This document shows positions 48,273-57,600 of a DNA stretch of 64,000 nt, piece by piece. The translations under genes and the position numbers were made by a program. The notes beneath the pieces were generated by a model. The model ran no database searches and was not told the origin of the DNA. It saw nothing but the letters and a program-made list of their open reading frames with translations. The DNA lies in sequence record MN018232.1. One strand, given 5' to 3'. Position 1 is the stretch's first letter. The number at the start of each line of letters is the position of its first letter.

Positions 48273-48959
48273 TTAATTACGATGGTTTTTTCTGATAATC
48301 TTGTCCTGTAAATTGTGCAAGATAAAGTATGGATCTTTACTTGCGTCTTCTAGATTTTCATGATAAGTTGGTTCAATATAGTTTAACGCACTTGTCAACC
48401 CCTGATACATATCATACTCAAACGGATCTTTGAGTTGTGAATGTGTCCAGAATATAACTGCATCTCTATGTCCTTTAGTGACAGTATTGACCCTATGAGG
48501 TGTTCCAGTTTTATACGTGACTGAACTACCTGCAGGTGGTTTGAATTTTACTTCTTCACCATTGATCCACAAACATAGTTCTCCTCCCTCAAAGTCATCA
48601 TTGAGAAATATCGTTGTACTAAAATCACCAAGTTGAGCATGATCATGATGAGGTTTATAAAACCCTCCAACTTCAGTTCTACTTACTAGTGGAGTTGCAC
48701 TATTTCTTGCAACAGTAAACTCAATAAACTTAATCCTCGTATCCATTCTACTGAAGACAATATCAGACAAGGATTGGTTACCCTGTGAAGTAAACTCACA
48801 TTGAAAGTTTGTCTTAATCTTTAATTTTTCTTCGTCACTACTATCAGATTGGACACTCTGATGACCATCGACCCAAACAGACTCAATATCAATCAACCGA
48901 TAGATTTCATTGATATCATTTTCAGTAAGATTATTTTCAATCAGAAGATAGTCTGTCAT
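48273..48959 (-). CDS. 2OG-Fe(II) oxygenase
   Basis: YKPHHD, TTIFLNDDFEGGEL, HRVNTVTKGHR; start at ATGA overlap 48959. Confidence 0.88.
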   Translation of the reverse strand: MTDYLLIENNLTENDINEIYRLIDIESVWVDGHQSVQSDSSDEEKLKIKTNFQCEFTSQGNQSLSDIVFSRMDTRIKFIEFTVARNSATPLVSRTEVGGFYKPHHDHAQLGDFSTTIFLNDDFEGGELCLWINGEEVKFKPPAGSSVTYKTGTPHRVNTVTKGHRDAVIFWTHSQLKDPFEYDMYQGLTSALNYIEPTYHENLEDASKDPYFILHNLQDKIIRKNHRN

Positions 48960-49480
48960 ACCCATTCAGGTTTACGATCTGGGATACGAAGATAGTTATC
49001 TTTTACCCAGGGTTTAGATGCAATATACATTTTATACGCATCAAATGTAGAAATACTTGTATCGTACTTGAATTCTTCAGGCATGGCACGAACAAACGGT
49101 GTGTGTGTTCCACTTCTTCCTGTAGGATCACCTGTAGGAAGTATTTCTTTTGCTGCAAGAAGAGAATGAAAACAAGTATGAATTTTACCATACCTCATCT
49201 TGTATTCATCACACAAAGCGATACCGTGGTGAAGTAACCATTGCCAGTTCATCACGAACTCACTTGCCCAGATGGTACAGGGATGGTTACGGAAGGCACC
49301 CTTCTCTGTGCTGTAAGGGGTTCCGTCGGCCTTAGGGATGGTCCCAAACCCATGACCCCATTTGTCTGAACAGACGATAGACAACATCTGACAGGTCTCT
49401 AGAGGCATCTTGACAATATGTTTGTCAGGGAGAACTTTGGCAGACTCCCATGGACATTCACTGGTTACAAAGATATTCAT
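48956..49480 (-). CDS. Pyrimidine dimer DNA glycosylase/endonuclease V-family protein
   Basis: MNIF...DKHIVKMPLETCQML, HPCTIW, YGKIH. Confidence 0.8.
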   Translation of the reverse strand: MNIFVTSECPWESAKVLPDKHIVKMPLETCQMLSIVCSDKWGHGFGTIPKADGTPYSTEKGAFRNHPCTIWASEFVMNWQWLLHHGIALCDEYKMRYGKIHTCFHSLLAAKEILPTGDPTGRSGTHTPFVRAMPEEFKYDTSISTFDAYKMYIASKPWVKDNYLRIPDRKPEWV

Positions 49481-49812
49481 TCTAAAGGTCTCTTGAAAGT
49501 TTCAGAAACTAAATCAGTTGCACCCATTGCCTCGTACATATAAGTTGCACCAGACCTTGGGTTTGTGTGTTCACCGCATGTAAACACATCACAGACTGCC
49601 ATACCATTCTCAGGCCATGTGTGGATTGAGATATGAGACTCTGCAAGTAGAGCCACGGCAGTAACTCCTTGAGGTTGAAATTTATGGGATTGAATACCAA
49701 GGAGTGTACTCTCTGACAACGAGGCAGCATTCGCAAGAACGTTACGAATGTGAGCCTCATCATCTAATAACCCAAAAGGACAACCCTTCAACGTGAAGAG
49801 TATATGTCTCAT
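49477..49812 (-). CDS. speD: S-adenosylmethionine decarboxylase proenzyme
   Basis: FQPQGVT, LAESHISIHTWPE, DVFTCG. Confidence 0.93.
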   Translation of the reverse strand: MRHILFTLKGCPFGLLDDEAHIRNVLANAASLSESTLLGIQSHKFQPQGVTAVALLAESHISIHTWPENGMAVCDVFTCGEHTNPRSGATYMYEAMGATDLVSETFKRPLE

Positions 49813-50477
49813 CAGCCGAAAGTGGAATCAGGTTCCAGAGCGATATAATAGGTCACGTCGATGTTCTGATTCTGGAAACGGGACAGAAGTTTTTCTGACA
49901 CAACCACGTCGTAGTTACCAGGAACAATCTTCAGGTTCTCTTCTTTGAAGTTGAATACGAAATCATTGTCAGTCTCACCAACAACAATAGAGAAGTCATT
50001 AGAAGTATCGTTCTTCTTGTCACGAGCAACAAGTTTGATGACACCAGCTTCACCGATGACAGAGATATCGGGAAGTTGATAGACAGATGCAGCCTTCTTC
50101 AGTTTCTCCAGTTGTTGACTGGTCAGTTGGAAACAAACATCCTCAGTCGGAAGAGTGATCTCTTTCTCAGGAGGTGCAACGATCACAGACGGATCTGCAA
50201 AGAAATACTTAGAACGGGAACGACCTTCTTTGATCACAACGTACTGATCATTGTCAAAATCAAGATCGGGACTTTGATGAAGAGACAGACCATTGAGGAA
50301 CTGGTTCAGATCGTAGATACCGAAGTCTTTAGGGAACTGTTCGGATACATTGGCTTCAACCAGGATGTTCTTCATCACTGAGATAGAACGCAGTTTCTGT
50401 CCCTCTTTGAACAGGATAGACTGGTTGATCGAAGAGAAGTTCTTCAGGAGAGATACAGTAGATTCAGAAAGTTTCAT
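49812..50477 (-). CDS. gp45: Sliding clamp (221 aa)
   Basis: MKLSESTVSLLKNFSSINQSI, FGIYDLNQFL, YYIALE; start reassigned to 50477. Confidence 0.95.
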   Translation of the reverse strand: MKLSESTVSLLKNFSSINQSILFKEGQKLRSISVMKNILVEANVSEQFPKDFGIYDLNQFLNGLSLHQSPDLDFDNDQYVVIKEGRSRSKYFFADPSVIVAPPEKEITLPTEDVCFQLTSQQLEKLKKAASVYQLPDISVIGEAGVIKLVARDKKNDTSNDFSIVVGETDNDFVFNFKEENLKIVPGNYDVVVSEKLLSRFQNQNIDVTYYIALEPDSTFG

Positions 50478-50877
50478 AATTACCTTTTGGTTGCTTGTTG
50501 ATGCCAGAGAAATGATAGAGGAGGATACAATAGTGGATTGCTTTGAGGATGTCAAGTTTAGACTTGCCTTCCTTCTTACCAAACCGTGAGAGATACTTTA
50601 TAGCGTTGGATCGACAGAATGCTTCTGAGTCACCGATACTGTCGATCAGATCAAGTGTCTGAGTCTTGTTGTCGTTTGCGTAATGTGCTTTGTACGTACC
50701 ACCAAGATAGTCACGGATTTCTTTTAGGATTACATCCTCCTCATATTTCCAGAAACCATTATCATTATTCAAATTCAAATCCATTTTAAATTCATTAACA
50801 GGTGTAAGAGGAGTATACTCAAACCCCTCCTCAGGTAGCTCATTCATTACATCATACAATAAGGACCATGAGATCAT
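50464..50877 (-). CDS. Hypothetical protein (DUF3310-like, 137 aa)
   Basis: AHY...FCRSNAIKYLSRFGKK...DILKAIHY; start reassigned to MISWS. Confidence 0.75.
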   Translation of the reverse strand: MISWSLLYDVMNELPEEGFEYTPLTPVNEFKMDLNLNNDNGFWKYEEDVILKEIRDYLGGTYKAHYANDNKTQTLDLIDSIGDSEAFCRSNAIKYLSRFGKKEGKSKLDILKAIHYCILLYHFSGINKQPKGNYETF

Positions 50878-50881
50878 TCTA

Positions 50882-51970
50882 TCAACTTTCCATAGTGTTG
50901 TCAACATTAAGGACATCAATACTGTCAGTATTCATGGTGAAGTCTGCGTCCACTTTGTCATACAGTTCCAGGAATGCAGACTTGGTTTCATCGTCGAATC
51001 GATTGATACAAACTTGAATGGCTTTGGCTTTATCACCAAAGATAGAGTATGCACGAACGATGTGAACCAGACGACGGGTAGAGATAATCTCATCAATACC
51101 ACCATCATAGAAGGTCTTACGGATGATGTCTGCCCAGTCAACCAGGTGCTTACAGAATTCCTTGTCATCACAACCAGACTCAAGAATTTTCTGTTCTGTA
51201 GCAGGAGTCGGATAAGACTGTTCAAAGGTCACACAGAAACGCTCAAGGAATGCTTCGTTGAGAACATTGGTGCCAATGAACCGACCATCTTCAGAACCCT
51301 TACCTTTAGTATTGGCGGTGGCAATGACTTGGAAACCTTCGGCAGGTTTGACAAACTTACCAATCTTCTTAAGGAAGACACCCTTACCTTCGAGAATAGA
51401 TTGGAGACAGAGAATCTTATTAGAAGCCAGGTCAACCTCGTCTAGAAGCAACACAGCTCCCCGTTCCAGAGCCTCGATGACGGGTCCGTTATGCCAAACA
51501 GTTTCACCATTAACAAGACGAAAGCCACCAATAAGATCATCCTCATCAGTCTCGATCGTAATGTTGACACGGATCAGTTCCCTCTTGAGTTGGGCACAAG
51601 CCTGTTCAACCAAGAACGTTTTACCGTTTCCAGAGAGACCCGTAATGAATGAAGGGTAGAAAAGACGGGACTTAATAATTTTTTTGATATCGCTGAAGTT
51701 ACCAAAAGTGACGAAGGAATCATCTTTCTGAGGAATCAGGTCTTGTTCGATTGCAGGAAGAGCAGCAGGTGCTTGATAGTTTTGTTCCAGTTTCTCTTGA
51801 ACCGTCAGGTTCCACTTACCACGACCAACTTTGTAGTCATTGAGTTTCTTAGTGACAGTCTGATAACTTACGTCATTCATGGCACACCATCCACGAATAT
51901 CACCAGTGGTGACCTCAGGTCCGTAGGTGTCTTGAAGAGAAGCAATGATGGAAGAAGTAGTAAGTGCCAT
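50882..51970 (-). CDS. cobS: CobS/MoxR-like AAA+ ATPase (362 aa)
   Basis: GLSGNGKT, LLDEVD, ATANTKG, AFLERF; start MALTT. Confidence 0.88.
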   Translation of the reverse strand: MALTTSSIIASLQDTYGPEVTTGDIRGWCAMNDVSYQTVTKKLNDYKVGRGKWNLTVQEKLEQNYQAPAALPAIEQDLIPQKDDSFVTFGNFSDIKKIIKSRLFYPSFITGLSGNGKTFLVEQACAQLKRELIRVNITIETDEDDLIGGFRLVNGETVWHNGPVIEALERGAVLLLDEVDLASNKILCLQSILEGKGVFLKKIGKFVKPAEGFQVIATANTKGKGSEDGRFIGTNVLNEAFLERFCVTFEQSYPTPATEQKILESGCDDKEFCKHLVDWADIIRKTFYDGGIDEIISTRRLVHIVRAYSIFGDKAKAIQVCINRFDDETKSAFLELYDKVDADFTMNTDSIDVLNVDNTMES

Positions 51971-51995
51971 AACGTGGTGTGTGTTCAACATAGCT

Positions 51996-52040
51996 ATAAT
52001 ACGACAAAACCACCCGTATGGGGTGGTGCCTGTGACAGTT
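51996..52040 (-). promoter_or_regulatory. Promoter with AACTGTCAC box, hairpin spacer and TATTAT -10
   Basis: Box 52040-32, 30-nt gap containing CCACCC/GGGTGG hairpin, TATTATAGCT at 52001. Confidence 0.65.
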
Positions 52041-52051
52041 GTCCGATTGGG

Positions 52052-54172
52052 TCAACTGATGATGTCAACAAACTGACTCAATACTTTCCTATTTAGAGAC
52101 TTGGCATTGAGATTTTTGACAAACGCGGATTTGATTTTTGCCTTGGTTGCTCCTTCTTCTACATCAAACTCAGTGTCATTATCGAGAGAAGAAGAAAGAA
52201 TACCAAAGTAAGAAGTATAACCACTGGTCTTGATTACAATCGACTTGTCCTTTTTGACCTTCTTATATGACTCTTCAGTCATGGTCCTATCATAACGGCG
52301 ACAAAACCCTTTGAAATCGGAGTTACTTGACAGACGGAAACCAATCACATTGACACCAGGATTCATTTGTTTCAAGTCCTCAAGAAGAATCTCAGTGAAC
52401 TTGTAAAACTCTGAGTTAATTTGATAGGTATGTCCAGTCTTACGATTACGGAGGTAATCACCAACGTAACAACGACCAGAACCCATACGTTCATCATCAT
52501 AGTAATGATTTGTCTTGTAATAAGGAAGGGGATTTGCCTCACCATCAGTCAGAATTACAGTGTTAACCTTTTGAACTTTATGTTTCTGTTGGAACTGAGG
52601 AATGATTTTGTGTAGACAAACGATAGCCTCATTCAAAGGTGTGCCAGAAAGACTATATCCGTGGGGAATCATATAATCTACCCAACGAACAGTAGCATAT
52701 ACAATACGCCACAGAGACTTCATCTGTTTATCAAGTTCTTTCTTATTCACATCACTGGTCAAGAAGTGAAGAAGATTGAAATCAGGGTTTACAATCATAT
52801 CAAACTCTTTGACCTCTTGAATAGGACTATCAAGATACTCTTGAAACTTAGATTCTTTCAGGTAACTGTTAGTAAAGGCATAAACATCAAAGGGAATATT
52901 GACCTTATTACAGAACATAACCAGATTGAACAACTGTTTGGTAGTTTCAAGCAAACAATCAGCCATAGAACCAGACCAATCCAGAATAAAGATTAGACCA
53001 TGGTTCTTACCATCAGGAATGACATTTACTTTCCTGAAGAGATCTTCATTGTATTTGTAGGTATGGAGTTTAGTACAATCGAGAGTACCAGTCTTAGACG
53101 TGAATGAACGAGAGTAAGCATCGGCAGACTTCTTACATTCAAACTCTTTCACAAGATAATTGACTTCTTTCTGTGCAGACTTCTTGTATTTTTCATACTC
53201 TTTGTCAGCAATATCAAAGTTTCTTGGTTCCGTCGTCCTCGTCTTTTCACAGTATGCATCGTAATACTCTTTTAGATTCAACTGATCGATCCAAGATTCA
53301 TTCAGTTCTTCATGAATAGCTTTGTTAGATACAATAATCTTTTCAACATCAACAGATGGGACCTCAAGATAACTTGAAGATGGCATACCAGGTTTGATAT
53401 CACCATTAAATTCTTCTTTACCAGACTCAAACATGTCGTCAGTATGAACTTCAAGATCGGGAGAGTTCTTATTCATACGACCCTCTGACATATCTTCAAG
53501 TTCACCAAAGTTCTCTTCATTCTCTTCTTCACGACGTTCAGCTTCTTCTTGCATCTCTTCATGAGTCATTTCCTCACCACCTGTATTAGACGGATTAGGA
53601 AGAGAAATTGCTTCAGGTTTTTTATTGTCAAAACCACCCTTCACAAACTTGAAGAGTTCTTCGGCAACCAGAACAGCATCGGCAAAGGTCTCAGTGTTTG
53701 CCATCATGTCGATGAACTTCATCTCTTCATCAGAGATAGGAACCTCAACAAAGTTACCAATCTTGAAGTAAAGGTTGGCACGGTCAGCCAGATTGTAAGT
53801 AGAGATATCATCCTCTTCAAGACCAAAGAAATCGTCTTCTGCAAGTTCTTGATAACCTTTGTAAAAACTTTTTGCCAGACCAGGATACCGACGTTTCATC
53901 AGTTTCTCGATACGTGCATCTTCAACCACGTTGACAAACTGTTTAGGAATACGATCTTCCCATGACCAGTCATTAGGAGTGAACAGAGCATGCCCAACCT
54001 CATGACCCACCAACATATCGTACACAGTATTAGACGCCCTCTTCCACATCGGGAGAGTCAACACACGACGTTCCACATCAAACTGTGCGGTCTCCACGTT
54101 ACGGTTCTCAACCACCATATTCTCAGTGGCTAGGAGTTTGGCAAGTTGTGACTTGATTTCGTAATTAATCAT
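52052..54172 (-). CDS. Metallopeptidase-motif/VWA protein (CobT-like partner of the AAA ATPase)
   Basis: GHEVGH, NVVEDARIE, DWSGSM, GTP, LTDG. Confidence 0.85.
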   Translation of the reverse strand: MINYEIKSQLAKLLATENMVVENRNVETAQFDVERRVLTLPMWKRASNTVYDMLVGHEVGHALFTPNDWSWEDRIPKQFVNVVEDARIEKLMKRRYPGLAKSFYKGYQELAEDDFFGLEEDDISTYNLADRANLYFKIGNFVEVPISDEEMKFIDMMANTETFADAVLVAEELFKFVKGGFDNKKPEAISLPNPSNTGGEEMTHEEMQEEAERREEENEENFGELEDMSEGRMNKNSPDLEVHTDDMFESGKEEFNGDIKPGMPSSSYLEVPSVDVEKIIVSNKAIHEELNESWIDQLNLKEYYDAYCEKTRTTEPRNFDIADKEYEKYKKSAQKEVNYLVKEFECKKSADAYSRSFTSKTGTLDCTKLHTYKYNEDLFRKVNVIPDGKNHGLIFILDWSGSMADCLLETTKQLFNLVMFCNKVNIPFDVYAFTNSYLKESKFQEYLDSPIQEVKEFDMIVNPDFNLLHFLTSDVNKKELDKQMKSLWRIVYATVRWVDYMIPHGYSLSGTPLNEAIVCLHKIIPQFQQKHKVQKVNTVILTDGEANPLPYYKTNHYYDDERMGSGRCYVGDYLRNRKTGHTYQINSEFYKFTEILLEDLKQMNPGVNVIGFRLSSNSDFKGFCRRYDRTMTEESYKKVKKDKSIVIKTSGYTSYFGILSSSLDNDTEFDVEEGATKAKIKSAFVKNLNAKSLNRKVLSQFVDIIS

Positions 54173-54195
54173 GGTGGTCTGTCTCGATGTAAGCT

Positions 54196-54240
54196 ATAAT
54201 ACAACGATACCCACCTGTTTCTCGGGTGGGTTGGACAGTT
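54196..54240 (-). promoter_or_regulatory. Promoter with AACTGTCCA box, hairpin spacer and TATTAT -10
   Basis: Box 54240-32, 30-nt gap containing ACCCACC/GGTGGGT hairpin, TATTATAGCT at 54201. Confidence 0.65.
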
Positions 54241-54316
54241 TATATATTGGCACATACACCAAACCCGACCTTTTTAGGGGTCGGGTCTTCGGTCAGATTA
54301 TTCTCCGTTTTACAAA

Positions 54317-54487
54317 TTAATTTGTTGTTAGGACGTGTCTACAGAACCTCCTGGCGGAACTATCTATGATACCACATTCTGAAATGCATTGGAAGTATTC
54401 GGATACTTGATCATATTTGTCATCAACTGTTATTTTTTCATCCCACTCCCAGGATGCAAGTTCATTACGTGAGACAAGATTTTTCAT
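54317..54487 (-). CDS. 56-aa hypothetical protein with three Cys
   Basis: GGAGG RBS before MKNLVSRNEL; the track ORF is over-extended. Confidence 0.72.
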   Translation of the reverse strand: MKNLVSRNELASWEWDEKITVDDKYDQVSEYFQCISECGIIDSSARRFCRHVLTTN

Positions 54488-54560
54488 AATAACCTCCATT
54501 TCACATATTATATAGTGATGTTTGTGTAACTTCACGAACATTTGTGTGATTGTTACTTTA

Positions 54561-54629
54561 CTAAATTTTTCTTGAGAAACCTTTATGTTTTTCAAACCTG
54601 ACTACGTTTTCAAACTTATCATCCATACC
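54561..54629 (-). pseudogene. gp46: Last ~22 codons of recombination endonuclease subunit gp46
   Basis: GMDDKFENVVRFEKHKGFSRKI matches the recalled gp46 C-terminal pattern and the usual gp46-peptidase-cobS-gp45 order. Confidence 0.6.
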
Positions 54630-54635
54630 TGATAG
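54626..54635. other. Junction 4 (segments D/E)
   Basis: Abrupt in-frame switch from virion protein (YTLVLS) to gp46-like tail (GMDDKF). Confidence 0.65.
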
Positions 54636-57600
54636 AACAAGTGTGTAAACCTGTTCGTTTGTTAGTGAGTATCTACCTGAAGCTGTTGGTACTAACTCCA
54701 CACCATTCTTGTCAATGATTTTTAGAATTGGACCACTAGCAGCAGATGATGCGCCTGTAACTTTCTCTCCTTTAACAACAGAAACGTTGCCACTTGCATA
54801 ACACTTGAGGAATGTATTTGGAGAAACTACTTTTTCTGTGCCAGGAACAATATTCTTTCCTGGTTTGTCACTATCAACATTGGAGAGATATACCTTTACA
54901 GGAACGTTTGAACTCTTTGAGTTGAAGTATAGATCAACACCAGTAACAAATAGTCCACCCTCATAATTCTCAACTTTGAAAGTTTGAGCAAGTGGATTTG
55001 GTCTGATGGGATTATCTGTATTGCTATCTACAATTTGGACACCTTCATTTGCCTTGAAGTATGATGGTTTTGTCGAAACAATGCTAGATGGATTCTCTGG
55101 AAGAATACCCGTAGCATAATACTTAACTTCAGCATATGTGTCTACAGTTGCTTTATCAGCATCTACCGAACTGGATGTAAACCTAAAGGTCTTGATGCCA
55201 GTGGTTACATTGATTTCTTCTGCCGAATTATCATAATCAACGGTATTGACATCACCAGTCCATGTAGCATTTTCTCTTGGTGGTGAACCAGCTGGTAGAA
55301 GAATTAGTCCACTTGCATTACCATTTTCATCAGTAATTACGTCACCATTAAATGCAGATAGTGAGTTCCCAGCAATACCAGTAAATCTTAGGTCTGGGTT
55401 TACCCATCTATTAACATTTCTACCTTCTAAGAATACAGAGATCTTAGTATTTGGTTTTAGTCTTCTTACAACAAACTTGATTGGGGTACTTCTTGCAAAG
55501 AATTGTAGAGCAGAAGAAACGCTCTTTCCACGAATATTCTTTGTTTGAATTCCTTTTCCAACTTCATTGTTTTGAGGACTTACATTTGAAGAACTAGCAA
55601 CCGACGCCATGCTTACAGATGACTGTGCAATCTGTGAATTTACTTCGCCCAGTGAATTGATAGAAGTAAACGAAGCAGAAGATCCAACCCAGTTAACAAC
55701 AAACGAGTTATGCAAACTTGAGAAACTTTCTTTTACATCTTCTTTTGCTAGGAAGATTGTGTAAAGACTTGTGTTTGTGTCAACTACAAGAGGTTCGATT
55801 GTTTGATCGTACCATTGATCAATGCTTGGAGAAACTGTACCATCTCCAACATATTGAAGAACAACAAATGGATTTGGATTTAGAGTCTTTGATGCAAAGT
55901 CATTTCCTAAAAGTCTGAGACTTGAATATGGAAGTGTGACAATATCACCAGACTTCTTGTATCCAGCAACAGATCTTTGGTCTTCTCTGGTGTTTACTTC
56001 CTTCAGTGAAATAGAATCTTCTTTTGACTGTGGACGTAAAACAGACTGTTGACTATCGATAGCACACTTATAATCAAGAGACTGAAGGTTGCCAACTCTA
56101 TGAGATTCAAAGTTGTCTACAATAAAACCACTCTTGAATCTATCCAGTCCAATTTCATCTTTGACTTGCATGTTCAGAGCTTGTTGCTCTAGAATGCTGA
56201 GAGTTGTGTAATACTCAAGACGCTCAATACGCTTCTCAAGTTTACCAATATCTCTCATTGTGTATCTGCGGTTATCCACAGGAGTGATTCTTACATCCTT
56301 GCTGGTCTTAGTGTAAGCAGGAATGTAAACATAGAATAAAGGTACAGCGTCATCAATAGGATCTGGTTTAGAAGGATTGAGAGATGAATTGCCTTCCTTA
56401 ACGATAAACTCACCTTTTTTGTTTAGGAATACGCCATCAATTCTATCGAGATATTGAATTTGACTGAACGAGAAGGTGTACTCTAAATTGGTATCTGGTG
56501 CTGGGGTGCTAGAGACAACTGCTCCAGGTCCAGAGAACTGACCAGTGGTAATTTCCAGAGAAGAAGTATCTTGGAAACCAGCAATAATTGCATTGCTGTC
56601 TACTTTTGGTCTAAAGTCAAGAACGTTCTTGAGTTCAACAATACCATGAACAGATGAATTGAACGATGGGATCTCATCCTCAGGAACTCCTGCTTCATGT
56701 AAGTAACTGTCAATAGTGCAGAACTCTCCTTGTGAATGCTCGAAGTAATCGAAAGCAATTAAGAGTTGACCTACTGGTGGTTCAAATCCTGGTTTTAGAA
56801 CGATTCTGGAGACATCATATAAAGTATCTCTTTGTCCATTATCAAATGTAAATCTGTTTGATACATCAGTTCCAGAAATTAGATTACCAGCACTGTCAAC
56901 TTGTGGTGGTTGTGAACTGGTGCCTTCATAGACATATCTTAGTCTATATGCATCAGAGTATGAGAGAATTTCTACAACATCGGTGTCATAGTCAGTTCCT
57001 CTAAATGGAACTACTCTGTCACCAGAAGAACTTACAACAATTCTTTTGTTTTGAATAGAAGTCTTGAGTCTTGGTTTTGCATTCAATACTTCAAGAGTTG
57101 CAGTCAACTTAAGTTTAGGGAATGTTCCATTTGTAGGAATTGTTCCAAAGTAAGTTGATGGTAACTGTAGACTGATGCTACCAGAAGTCAAACCACTTGC
57201 AGTATCTGTAGCAGATGTAATTTCTACCGCATCAGCATCAACATAAACAATATCTCCCTTGACAACGCTTGGAGCATCACCTGGGTCTAGGACAGTAATG
57301 ATGTAATTGTTCTCATTAAATGCTGTAAATCTTTGAGTTCCGAATGGAAGTTGAGCAGCAAATGTGATTGTTCCACCACCAGAAGAAGCAGTAGTTACAA
57401 AATCTCTTCTGAAATAATACTTAATCTTACTGTCTTCAGTTCCAGCAGAAATTTTCTCTACTTGCTTACTGCCAGTTGGATAAATTAGAGTTCCTGAGTT
57501 GGAATTCTGTAGTCTTGGACGCAAACGAACAATGCTGGTGTTTGTTACATCTCCAGGAAGTACAGTATCAAAGTAAACTCTAGTCTTTGATGATCCCTCT

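Noticed and set aside
54317-54487. 56-aa Cys protein as phage CP12
   Set aside because: Lacks the AWDxVEEL core and the C-terminal CxxxPxxxxC pattern
12398-54635. Junctions as products of a site-specific invertase or shufflon
   Set aside because: No shared or inverted repeat at the four breakpoints, no recombinase gene, and essential genes are broken
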